Shown here one piece after another: positions 8,753-16,404 of a stretch of 28,033 bases of DNA (its first letter is position 1; each line of letters begins with the position of its first letter). Source of the DNA: Clostridia bacterium. Its GTDB lineage: Bacteria; Bacillota; Clostridia; Christensenellales; Aristaeellaceae. The stretch spans positions 1 to 28,033 of the forward strand of contig JAZLIA010000027.1 of NCBI GenBank assembly GCA_045617125.1, written 5' to 3'. Made by a program: the position numbers and the translations under genes. The notes under the pieces are model-generated. The model did not search any database. It had not been told where the DNA came from and saw nothing but the letters and a program-made list of their open reading frames with translations.

Positions 8753-8826
8753 CTGTTCAAAAACAGTTTTATGGCAATAGCACGTTTGGAGGGGAAGGGT
8801 TGTTCCCGGCTTACGGAGGAGAAAAA

Positions 8827-9786
8827 ATGTATATTCACGCAGCAGGTCTTAAAAAAACGTATATCGTCAGAAAAAAGAAAAAGGGTTCCTTTTTACGGGA
8901 GAAAACCTGTGTGGAAGCGCTGAAGGAGGTCTCCTTTGATGTGGAGCAGGGAGAACTGGTAGGATATATCGGCCCAAACGGAGCGGGGAAATCCACCACA
9001 GTCAAAATTCTCAGCGGCATTCTGAAGCCGGATGGCGGAGAATTGTCGGTAAATGGGCTTTGTCCCTGGCAGGAACGGAAAAAGCATGTGTCCGGGATCG
9101 GCGTTGTGTTCGGACAAAGGACCCAGCTGTGGTGGGATGTTCCGGTTCGGGACAGCTATGACCTGCTCCGGGATATTTATCGCATTCCTGCTGAGGAATA
9201 TGGGAAGAGACTAAATGAACTCATGGACGCGCTGGATGTGGGGCCTTTGCTGGATACGCCGCTCAGGATGCTGTCGCTGGGGCAGCGGATGCGGGCGGAG
9301 CTGGCGGGCAGCCTGCTGCACCGGCCCCGCCTTCTGTTTCTGGATGAGCCCACGATCGGCCTGGACGCGGTGAGCAAGCTGGCGATCCGGGAATTTCTGA
9401 AACGGGAAAACCGGGAAAACGGCACCACAGTGATGCTCACCACCCATGATATGGAGGATATTTCCGCCCTTTGTTCCCGGGTGATGGTGATCGGAAACGG
9501 GAAAATGCTTTATGACGGCAGCCTGGGAAGCCTTCTTAAACGGTATGACCGGGAGCACAGGATCACCGTGCGCTATCAGGGAGAACCGGAAATGAGCGTA
9601 CTGCCCGATGAATGCAAAGTATTGAGGGACGGGGAAAATTATCAGGTGCAGTACCGTCCCGATCAGGTGCCGACAGGCGACATGCTGATGCTGCTGCAGA
9701 AGGCGGGGAAGATCGGCGAAATGACGGCCCAGCCGCGCAACGTGGATGAAATGGTGGCTGAAATGTACAGGGAGATGGAAAAGTGA
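8827..9786 (+). CDS. ABC transporter ATP-binding protein (ABC-2 / uncharacterised exporter type)
   Basis: Walker A GPNGAGKST, signature LSLGQRMR, Walker B LLFLDEPT. I prefer the ATG at 8827 (GGAGGAG upstream) over the track start at 8800. Confidence 0.92.
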   Translation: MYIHAAGLKKTYIVRKKKKGSFLREKTCVEALKEVSFDVEQGELVGYIGPNGAGKSTTVKILSGILKPDGGELSVNGLCPWQERKKHVSGIGVVFGQRTQLWWDVPVRDSYDLLRDIYRIPAEEYGKRLNELMDALDVGPLLDTPLRMLSLGQRMRAELAGSLLHRPRLLFLDEPTIGLDAVSKLAIREFLKRENRENGTTVMLTTHDMEDISALCSRVMVIGNGKMLYDGSLGSLLKRYDREHRITVRYQGEPEMSVLPDECKVLRDGENYQVQYRPDQVPTGDMLMLLQKAGKIGEMTAQPRNVDEMVAEMYREMEK

Positions 9787-10574
9787 GGGCGATGCTTTCG
9801 GTTTTCAGGCTGAGACTGCGCGAAGAAAAGCAGTACAGGGGCGCTGTGATCGGCGGGGTCTTCTGCCAGACCTTTTTCGGTCTCATCCTGATCGCGGTGT
9901 ACCGTGCTTTATATGAGACCCGCCCCCAGACAATGCCTCTTCAGGACGTGGTAAGCTACGTGTGGCTGCAGCAGGCTTTTTTCCGGATGCTTACATCCTC
10001 AGATGGTGAGCTGACTGATAAGATCCGCACCGGCGGCTTTGCGTATGACCTGTGCAGGCCGCTGGATATGTATGGCTATTACTATTTCAGGGGAATGGCC
10101 CAGAAGCTGATGGGAAGCCTGCTTCGCTGCGTGCCCATGCTTTTGATCGCGGTGCTGCTTCCGGAGGGCTGGCGGCTGAGTGCGCCGACTTCGTTTACTG
10201 CCCTCGTGTGTTCCCTTGTGAGCCTTCTTATCGGGCTTGTATGCATGTGCGCGCTGGATTCCATCACCACCGGTTTTACCGTGCGCACGTTGGATGGAAG
10301 AGGCATCCAGGCAGCTCTCAACCTGCTGATGATGACCTTTTCCGGCAATATCCTGCCGCTTACCCTGTTTCCGGACAGCTGGCAGAAGGTGATCCGCTTT
10401 CTGCCTTATGCCCAGCTGCTGGATGCCCCGATCCGCATTTACAGCGGCACCCAGCCTTTGAACGGAGTTCTTTTTGTGTGGGGGCTGCAGCTTGCATGGG
10501 CGGTGCTGCTGGTGCTTGCCGGGAGAAAACTGTGGTTAGTAAACAGCAGGCACATCGTGCTTCAGGGGGGGTAA
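9783..10574 (+). CDS. ABC-2 family transporter permease
   Basis: A GTG start overlaps the ATPase stop (GTGA); the alternative ATG is at 9792. Six-helix hydrophobic protein, typical of the ATPase + 2 permease uncharacterised ABC system. Confidence 0.85.
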   Translation: MRAMLSVFRLRLREEKQYRGAVIGGVFCQTFFGLILIAVYRALYETRPQTMPLQDVVSYVWLQQAFFRMLTSSDGELTDKIRTGGFAYDLCRPLDMYGYYYFRGMAQKLMGSLLRCVPMLLIAVLLPEGWRLSAPTSFTALVCSLVSLLIGLVCMCALDSITTGFTVRTLDGRGIQAALNLLMMTFSGNILPLTLFPDSWQKVIRFLPYAQLLDAPIRIYSGTQPLNGVLFVWGLQLAWAVLLVLAGRKLWLVNSRHIVLQGG

Positions 10575-10575
10575 T

Positions 10576-11376
10576 ATGGACACCGTGCGTTTATATCTCC
10601 ATTCCATGCGGATGCTGCTAAAAAGCCATTTGCAGTACCCTTCATCCTTTATGATCCAGACGCTCGCACAGATCGTGATGGAGGGCGGCGAAATGATGGC
10701 GGTGCTGCTTCTGGTCAGCCGTTTCCGGGGCATGCGGGAATGGAGCGGGGGAGACCTGCTTATCTTTTTCGGCATGGTCAGCATCACCTTTTACCTTACC
10801 GAGTTTTTTGGAAGGGGCGTTACGGGAAGCTTTTCTTCCCTCATCAGAAACGGGAAACTGGATATTTTCCTTGTGCGTCCCCGGGGCGTGCTTACTCAGG
10901 TGCTTTGTGCGGATCTGGACCCGCGCAGGATCGGGTGCATCCTGGTCGGGGTGACGGCTATGGTGATGGGATGCGCGCAGACACAGTTAACCTGGACCCT
11001 GCTGAAGGTACTGGCTTTCCTTGAAGCCATCCTGTTTGGAAGCTTGATGATCCTGGGCTTGTTTTTGATCGAAGCGGTGTTCAGCATCTGGTCGGTCAAG
11101 TCGCTTGAAATGGTCAACGCGCTCACCTATGGCGGACGCAGCGCCTGCGAATATCCCATTGATGTATTTCCAACACCCATCCGGATCATCTTTTCTGTGA
11201 TCGCGCCTTTTTCCATGACGCTGCACGTGCCGACGGCTTATATGATCGGAAAACCCCTCTTTGGCTGGCCGGAATGGACCGCTTTTGTTTGTCCCCTGGC
11301 GGGACTCATCCTGTTTTTGCTGATGCGGTTTATTTTTCTGCGTGCGCTGGAGCATTACCGCTCGACCGGGAGCTGA
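10576..11376 (+). CDS. ABC-2 family transporter permease (second subunit)
   Basis: Starts 1 nt after the previous stop. Polytopic membrane protein with a G-rich RBS. Confidence 0.85.
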   Translation: MDTVRLYLHSMRMLLKSHLQYPSSFMIQTLAQIVMEGGEMMAVLLLVSRFRGMREWSGGDLLIFFGMVSITFYLTEFFGRGVTGSFSSLIRNGKLDIFLVRPRGVLTQVLCADLDPRRIGCILVGVTAMVMGCAQTQLTWTLLKVLAFLEAILFGSLMILGLFLIEAVFSIWSVKSLEMVNALTYGGRSACEYPIDVFPTPIRIIFSVIAPFSMTLHVPTAYMIGKPLFGWPEWTAFVCPLAGLILFLLMRFIFLRALEHYRSTGS

Positions 11377-11408
11377 AAGCAGCCGAAAGAAAAGGGAACG
11401 GCAGTTTA

Positions 11409-11437
11409 TTGCACCGGGAAGAAAAATGAAGTATAAT
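11409..11437 (+). promoter_or_regulatory. Putative promoter of the MATE gene
   Basis: TTGCAC-17 nt-TATAAT (11409-11414 and 11432-11437). Confidence 0.55.
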
Positions 11438-11482
11438 CGGTGCGTCTGAAGCACTGGGAAGGAAAACATACGGAGGTATGCA

Positions 11483-12853
11483 ATGCAGCGTGAAGAAAAC
11501 CCGCTGAAAAGATCGGAATACCTTGTGAAGCACAAGTTCAGAAGCTATCTGCTGCCCACCACTCTGACAGCACTGGCAATGTCTCTCAATGAGTTTGTGG
11601 ATTCGCTGGTGGTTGCGCATCTGCTGGATGCACAGGCCATGTCGGTGATCAATATATGCAGTCCAGTCATGCTGCTCATCTGCGCTGTCTATGCCTTGAT
11701 CGGCGTTGGCGGGTCTACGATATACGCATTACTGACCGGACAGAGAGAAAACAAAAAGGCCGGAACGGTTTTGGGTGTGTGCATGCTGGCTGCTGTGGCA
11801 GGAAGCCTGATCCTGACCTTTGCCGGGTTGCTTTTTCAGGACCCGCTCAGCCGCCTGCTCTGCAATGAGGAAAGCATCCGCATTCTGATGCCGGATTACC
11901 TCAGGGCTCTTGTTTTTTCCACCCCGGTGATCGTGATCGTGATGGTGGTGAGCTATTTCCTTCCGGCTTCCGGTCATCCGCAGATGGCAACAGTGCTTAC
12001 CATCGTGGCCAATGTGGTGAACCTGATGTTTGACGTTGTCTATATCCGTTTGTTTGGAATGGGAGTGGAGGGCGCCGCTTATGCCACCCTCACCGGCTAT
12101 GGCTGTGCGCTGCTGATGGTGCTCATCCTGACGGTTTGTAAAAAGCTGCAGCTCAATTTTGTGATGCCCCGTCCGGGGGATTTCAAACTGCTTGCTTCCG
12201 TTTCCGGGCAGGGGGCTGCTTCCGCATCCACTCAGTTTGGCTATTCGCTCAAGTATACGGTGTTCAACGGCCTGGCTGCGCTTTATGGCGGGGCATCTGC
12301 GCTGATCGCTTTTTCTGTGTGCATGCAGATCACATCCATCGTCAGCATCGGGCTGAGCGGTGTGATGGATTCGATGATCCCGATCACCGCCACCCTGATG
12401 GGTCAGAAGGACAAAAAGGGCGTGCGCGCTGTAGTGAAGAACAGCTATTTTCTGATGGTCGCCATTTCTCTGGTGTGTGTGATCGTGATGGAAGCTTTCC
12501 CCGGCATCCTGTTTTCCATGTTCAATGTGACGAATGCGGAGGATGTGGCTGTGGCAGTTACGGCGGTGCGCATTTTCAGCCTGACAGTGCTGGTGCGCTC
12601 AGTTTATATTCTGATCATGCATTATTCCCGTCTGATCGGGCAAAGGACCTACGCTGTGATCCTGAGCATGCTGGACGGCTTCATTTTGCCCATTCTGGCG
12701 GCAGAGGTACTGTCCCGGATGTTTGGGCTAAAGGGGGGTGTGGCTGGGTTATGTGGTAGGGTCTGCGCTGGTGATCGGGTGCGTCCTGATCGGCAACAAA
12801 CGGGTGGAACGGGTTTCCGGCGGTCAGTACAGCGGTTTTCTGCTGCTGGATAA
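11483..12853 (+). CDS. MATE family efflux transporter; the 3' tail after about 12738 is out-of-frame nonsense
   Basis: GGAGG lies 6 nt upstream. The product is a 12-TM-type MATE sequence through ...AAEVLSRMFGLKG. After the G6 run (12733-12738) the translation becomes Arg/Gly-rich junk (VAGLCGRVCAGDRVRPDRQQTGG...). Confidence 0.85.
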   Translation: MQREENPLKRSEYLVKHKFRSYLLPTTLTALAMSLNEFVDSLVVAHLLDAQAMSVINICSPVMLLICAVYALIGVGGSTIYALLTGQRENKKAGTVLGVCMLAAVAGSLILTFAGLLFQDPLSRLLCNEESIRILMPDYLRALVFSTPVIVIVMVVSYFLPASGHPQMATVLTIVANVVNLMFDVVYIRLFGMGVEGAAYATLTGYGCALLMVLILTVCKKLQLNFVMPRPGDFKLLASVSGQGAASASTQFGYSLKYTVFNGLAALYGGASALIAFSVCMQITSIVSIGLSGVMDSMIPITATLMGQKDKKGVRAVVKNSYFLMVAISLVCVIVMEAFPGILFSMFNVTNAEDVAVAVTAVRIFSLTVLVRSVYILIMHYSRLIGQRTYAVILSMLDGFILPILAAEVLSRMFGLKGGVAGLCGRVCAGDRVRPDRQQTGGTGFRRSVQRFSAAG

Positions 12854-13253
12854 GCAGGATACCCCGGCGGATGTGTATGATTTTACCGTGACCCAGAAGG
12901 ATTCTGACATTTCGGATATGAGCCGGAGCATCACCGGTTTTTGTGAAGAACGGGGCGTGGAGCACGGCCTGGCATCCCGGGTGGGACTGCTTTCGGAGGA
13001 AATGGCCCTGTATACCCGCCAGCACCATAACAAGACGGCTTTGATCGATGTGATGATCCGTTTGGAGCCGGAGGAGATCATCCTGGATTTCCGCAGCGAG
13101 GGCGCTCCCTTTGATCCGCTTTCCCGCGGAGAAGAGGATATTCCGGAAAACCTGCTGGTGCTTCAGAAAATGTCCGGGAAGATCGTATATGACTACATTC
13201 TCGGCATGAACAGCACGAGGCTCACGGTGGAAAGACAGAAAAAGCCCTCCTGA
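12738..13253 (+). CDS. Last MATE helix plus a cytoplasmic GHKL/anti-sigma-kinase-like (HATPase_c_2-like) domain, in the +1 frame relative to 11483
   Basis: The frame begins (V)WLGYVVGSALVIGCVLIG, a hydrophobic helix that continues the MATE sequence. It is followed by ...ISDMSRSITGFCEERGVEHGLASRVGLLSEEMALYTRQHH...IDVMIRLEPEEIILDFRSEGAPFDP..., which resembles SpoIIAB/RsbW-type ATPase folds in degenerate form. The only start is a GTG with no RBS, so it is most likely the C-terminus of the upstream gene. Confidence 0.7.
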   Translation: MWLGYVVGSALVIGCVLIGNKRVERVSGGQYSGFLLLDKQDTPADVYDFTVTQKDSDISDMSRSITGFCEERGVEHGLASRVGLLSEEMALYTRQHHNKTALIDVMIRLEPEEIILDFRSEGAPFDPLSRGEEDIPENLLVLQKMSGKIVYDYILGMNSTRLTVERQKKPS

Positions 13254-13306
13254 ACCCAGGCGGAAATGCCAGTACTGAACATCCCAAGGAGCAGGGAAGC
13301 GATCCT

Positions 13307-13335
13307 CCGGAAAAAACGGGAACCCGCTTTTCCGG
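13307..13335 (+). terminator. Hairpin downstream of the MATE/GHKL gene
   Basis: CCGGAAAA...TTTTCCGG outer stem with an inner CGG/CCG stem. There is no clear trailing U-tract, so this is weak. Confidence 0.3.
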
Positions 13336-13375
13336 AAGCGAAAATATCGTAAATTGATTGAGGAGACGGATTAGG

Positions 13376-14683
13376 ATGGAACGCAGAAACGATGAGCTGA
13401 GAGAACATACGATCGTGACGGATTTTGTGGAAACCGCTGCCGGCAGCTGCCTGATCAGCACCGGAAAAACCAAGGTGATCTGCACCGCTTCGGTGGAAGA
13501 AACGGTGCCGCCCTTCCTGAAGGGAAAGGGCATGGGCTGGGTGACCGCTGAATATGCGATGCTTCCGGCTTCCACAGGCAGCCGCAAGGCTCGGGACGGC
13601 GTAAAGAAGGATGGCCGCGGCGTGGAGATCAGCCGCCTGATCGGCAGAGCGCTCCGGCAGGCAGTGGACAGGAGATATATGGACGGCTTCACCATCACCA
13701 TCGACTGTGATGTGCTGCAGGCAGACGGCGGCACCCGCACCGCTTCCATCACCGGCGGCTTTGTGGCGCTTTGCTGTGCGGTGGATAAGCTGATGAAGCA
13801 GGGGAAGCTGAAGCAGTCTCCTGTGATCCACCAGATCAGTGCCGTGTCGGCGGGGATCTGCCGGAATGTGCCCACGCTGGACCTTTGTTATGAGCAGGAT
13901 TCCACCGCGATGACGGATATGAACTTTGTGATGGATGAAAACGGAGCCTTTGCGGAACTGCAGGGCACGGGTGAGGGAAGGGCATTTACGCAGGAGGAAC
14001 TGATGCAGCTGCTTTCTCTCGGACAAAAAGGCTGTCTGGAGCTGCAGATGCTGCAGCGGGAAGCGCTTGGAGAAAGGGCGTATGTGATTTCTTCAAGACG
14101 CACTCTGGTGCTGGCCAGCAACAATGCCCACAAGGTGACGGAACTTCGGAATATGCTGGGTGAAAACTATCATGTGCTTTCCATGAAGGAAGCGGGCATT
14201 GACACCGACATTGAGGAAAACGGCCTCACCTTTGAGGAAAATGCCCTGATCAAGGCCCGGGCCGTGTGTGCCTTGACCGGGCTGCCCGCTCTGGCGGATG
14301 ACAGCGGCCTTACCGTAGACGCTTTGAACGGGGAACCGGGCGTGCATTCCGCCCGCTTTGCGGGAGAGCATGGAAACGACGCTAAAAACAATGCGCTGCT
14401 GATGGAAAAAATGAAAGATGTGCCGGATGAAAAGTGCACTGCTTCCTTTGTGAGCTGCGTGGCTCTGGTGACCCCGTGGAAAACGGAGGTGACCTGCGAG
14501 GGCCGGTGCCCCGGTTTGATCCTTCATGAAGCCCGGGGAGAGAACGGCTTTGGCTATGATCCCTATTTCCTTTATGAAACCGGGCTTTCCTTTGCTGAAA
14601 TGGATGCCGAAGAAAAGAACCGGGTAAGTCACCGGGCCCGGGCAATGGCGAAGATGCTGCCTTTGATCCGTGAAAACCTGTAA
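13376..14683 (+). CDS. rph: Bifunctional RNase PH / non-canonical purine NTP pyrophosphatase (Rph-RdgB fusion)
   Basis: The N-terminal half carries RNase PH motifs (GRGVEISRLIGRALR, DCDVLQADGGTRTASITGG). The C-terminal half carries Ham1/RdgB motifs (LVLASNNAHKVTEL, ADDSGLTVDALNGEPGVHSARFAG, FGYDPYF). The ATG at 13376 has GAGGAG upstream; the track start at 13358 is a TTG. Confidence 0.93.
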   Translation: MERRNDELREHTIVTDFVETAAGSCLISTGKTKVICTASVEETVPPFLKGKGMGWVTAEYAMLPASTGSRKARDGVKKDGRGVEISRLIGRALRQAVDRRYMDGFTITIDCDVLQADGGTRTASITGGFVALCCAVDKLMKQGKLKQSPVIHQISAVSAGICRNVPTLDLCYEQDSTAMTDMNFVMDENGAFAELQGTGEGRAFTQEELMQLLSLGQKGCLELQMLQREALGERAYVISSRRTLVLASNNAHKVTELRNMLGENYHVLSMKEAGIDTDIEENGLTFEENALIKARAVCALTGLPALADDSGLTVDALNGEPGVHSARFAGEHGNDAKNNALLMEKMKDVPDEKCTASFVSCVALVTPWKTEVTCEGRCPGLILHEARGENGFGYDPYFLYETGLSFAEMDAEEKNRVSHRARAMAKMLPLIRENL

Positions 14684-14700
14684 GAGACCGGAGGAAAAGG

Positions 14701-15162
14701 ATGAAGTATCATCTGTATGGTGTGATTTCTGATTCTCATGGGGACAGGGACCGGCTTTCCAACATCATGATGGCCCTGGAATATAAAAAGGCGGAGGGCG
14801 TGATCCATCTGGGAGACGGTTACCGGGATATGGAACCCTTCGAAAAGGCTTTTCCGAAGGTGTGGCGGGTGGCAGGAAACTGCGATTTTTGCTCCACTGA
14901 AAGGCAGATGCTTCTTTCTCTCTCCGGTATGCCGGTTTTGATCACTCATGGACACAACTACATGGTGAAAAGTACGCAGGATCTGCTGTGCGATGAGGCG
15001 ATCAGCCTGGGGGCGCGGGCGGCGCTGTTCGGACACACTCATGAACCGTTTATGGAATACAGAAACGGCGTATTGCTCCTGAATCCCGGAAGCGCCCGGG
15101 AGGGACGGTATGCCCTTCTCAGGATCCCTGCAGACGGGTATCCTGAAGCCGATCTGCTGTGA
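14701..15162 (+). CDS. YfcE/YsnB-type metallophosphoesterase
   Basis: Motifs DSHGD, GD, GNCD, HGH and GHTH. The order rph / rdgB / phosphoesterase matches the B. subtilis rph-ysnA-ysnB arrangement. Confidence 0.9.
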   Translation: MKYHLYGVISDSHGDRDRLSNIMMALEYKKAEGVIHLGDGYRDMEPFEKAFPKVWRVAGNCDFCSTERQMLLSLSGMPVLITHGHNYMVKSTQDLLCDEAISLGARAALFGHTHEPFMEYRNGVLLLNPGSAREGRYALLRIPADGYPEADLL

Positions 15163-16388
15163 CAGCTGGAATGAAAGGGATGAACGATTTGGAAAAGCAG
15201 AATGTGACCTTTTCCTATGCCGTGATCACGGCATTTTTCTGGATGACCTTCTGCATCGCGATCGCGTATACGGCGGATTATCTGCAGAATATGGGCTTTA
15301 CCGACACGGAGGTAGGGATCATCATGGCTGCGGGAAACTTAAGCGGGGCCTGCATTGCGCCCATGCTTGGCGGGCTGTGCGACCGGAGGAGAGGCCTGAC
15401 CGCTTTTTCGTTTTTTGCGCCGCTTACGATCCTCAAGGCGGTGTGCCTTACGGTGTTGCTTTTTTCCGGCGGAAGAGGGATTGTGACTGCAGTAGCCTAT
15501 GGCGCTTTTATCGCGTTTTCCATTCCCGTGAATACGCTGAACCTCAAGACCTGCATTGATTACGAACGGGCGGGCTGTTTTCTCAATTATGGTTTGGCAC
15601 GGGGCTGCGGCTCGCTGGGGTTCGTTCTGATCAGCTCGCTGCTTGGCGTGACGATCGAAAAGATCGGATATGCGACGCTGCCAGCAGCAGGTCTTCTGCT
15701 CCTGATCCCGGAAAGCCTGATGCAGGCTGCGACCGACCGGCGCATCCGCGCACTCAGGAATAAAGTCAACACGAATCTGAAGACGGTTCCGCTTGAAAAG
15801 AGCAGCTCGCTTCTGGAGTTCATTCGGGAAAACAAGCGTTTCACCGTGTTTTTGCTCGGGAGCTTCCTGATTTTTTACACCCACAACATCGACACCAATT
15901 TCCTGATCAACCTGACCCGCAGTGTTGGCGGAGGCAGTCAGGAAATGGGCTTTATCAGTTCCTTTACGGCAGTTTGTGAGCTGCCCGCGCTGATGCTGTT
16001 TTCCCGTTTCCTTTCCCGATACAGGACCGACCGGCTGATGCGTATTTCTCTTGTGATGTTTGTGGTAAAAACTGCCGCATACACCTTTGCTCCGACGGTG
16101 CCGGTCTTGTTTGTGACCCGTCTGCTGCAGTGTCCGTCTTATGCCCTTTACACTGCCGCGACGGTTCCGTATGTGAAATCGGTGATTCGTGATAAGGATG
16201 CGGCCCGGGGACAGAGCCTGGCCTTCACCATGACCACAGCCGGAAGCGTGGCGGCTTCCGTGATCGGCGGCAGGCTGTATGACCTGTATTCTGTTCGCAC
16301 TGTAATGCTGATCGCCCTGGCGGTGTGCGTTGTGGGGGTCCTGATCGCTGTGGCGGGAACGGAAAGCAAAAAAAGGCGTCAGTGGTGA
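15159..16388 (+). CDS. MFS transporter
   Basis: 12-TM-type protein. The track start is a GTG overlapping the previous stop (GTGA). Alternative ATGs are at 15171 and 15180, so the start is uncertain. Confidence 0.85.
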   Translation: MTAGMKGMNDLEKQNVTFSYAVITAFFWMTFCIAIAYTADYLQNMGFTDTEVGIIMAAGNLSGACIAPMLGGLCDRRRGLTAFSFFAPLTILKAVCLTVLLFSGGRGIVTAVAYGAFIAFSIPVNTLNLKTCIDYERAGCFLNYGLARGCGSLGFVLISSLLGVTIEKIGYATLPAAGLLLLIPESLMQAATDRRIRALRNKVNTNLKTVPLEKSSSLLEFIRENKRFTVFLLGSFLIFYTHNIDTNFLINLTRSVGGGSQEMGFISSFTAVCELPALMLFSRFLSRYRTDRLMRISLVMFVVKTAAYTFAPTVPVLFVTRLLQCPSYALYTAATVPYVKSVIRDKDAARGQSLAFTMTTAGSVAASVIGGRLYDLYSVRTVMLIALAVCVVGVLIAVAGTESKKRRQW

Positions 16389-16404
16389 AACTCTGAAAAC
16401 GGCG

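Noticed and set aside
8539-8838. 99-aa ORF on the - strand in the ADH/ABC intergenic region. The + strand ORF at 8723..8923 was considered with it.
   Set aside because: There is no RBS and the composition is basic and low-complexity. The ORF runs through the putative promoter and leader of the ABC operon and into its start codon.
13193-14026. 277-aa and 217-aa ORFs on the - strand, opposite rph-rdgB.
   Set aside because: They are antisense to a gene with textbook RNase PH and Ham1 motifs. The products are Arg/His-rich nonsense.
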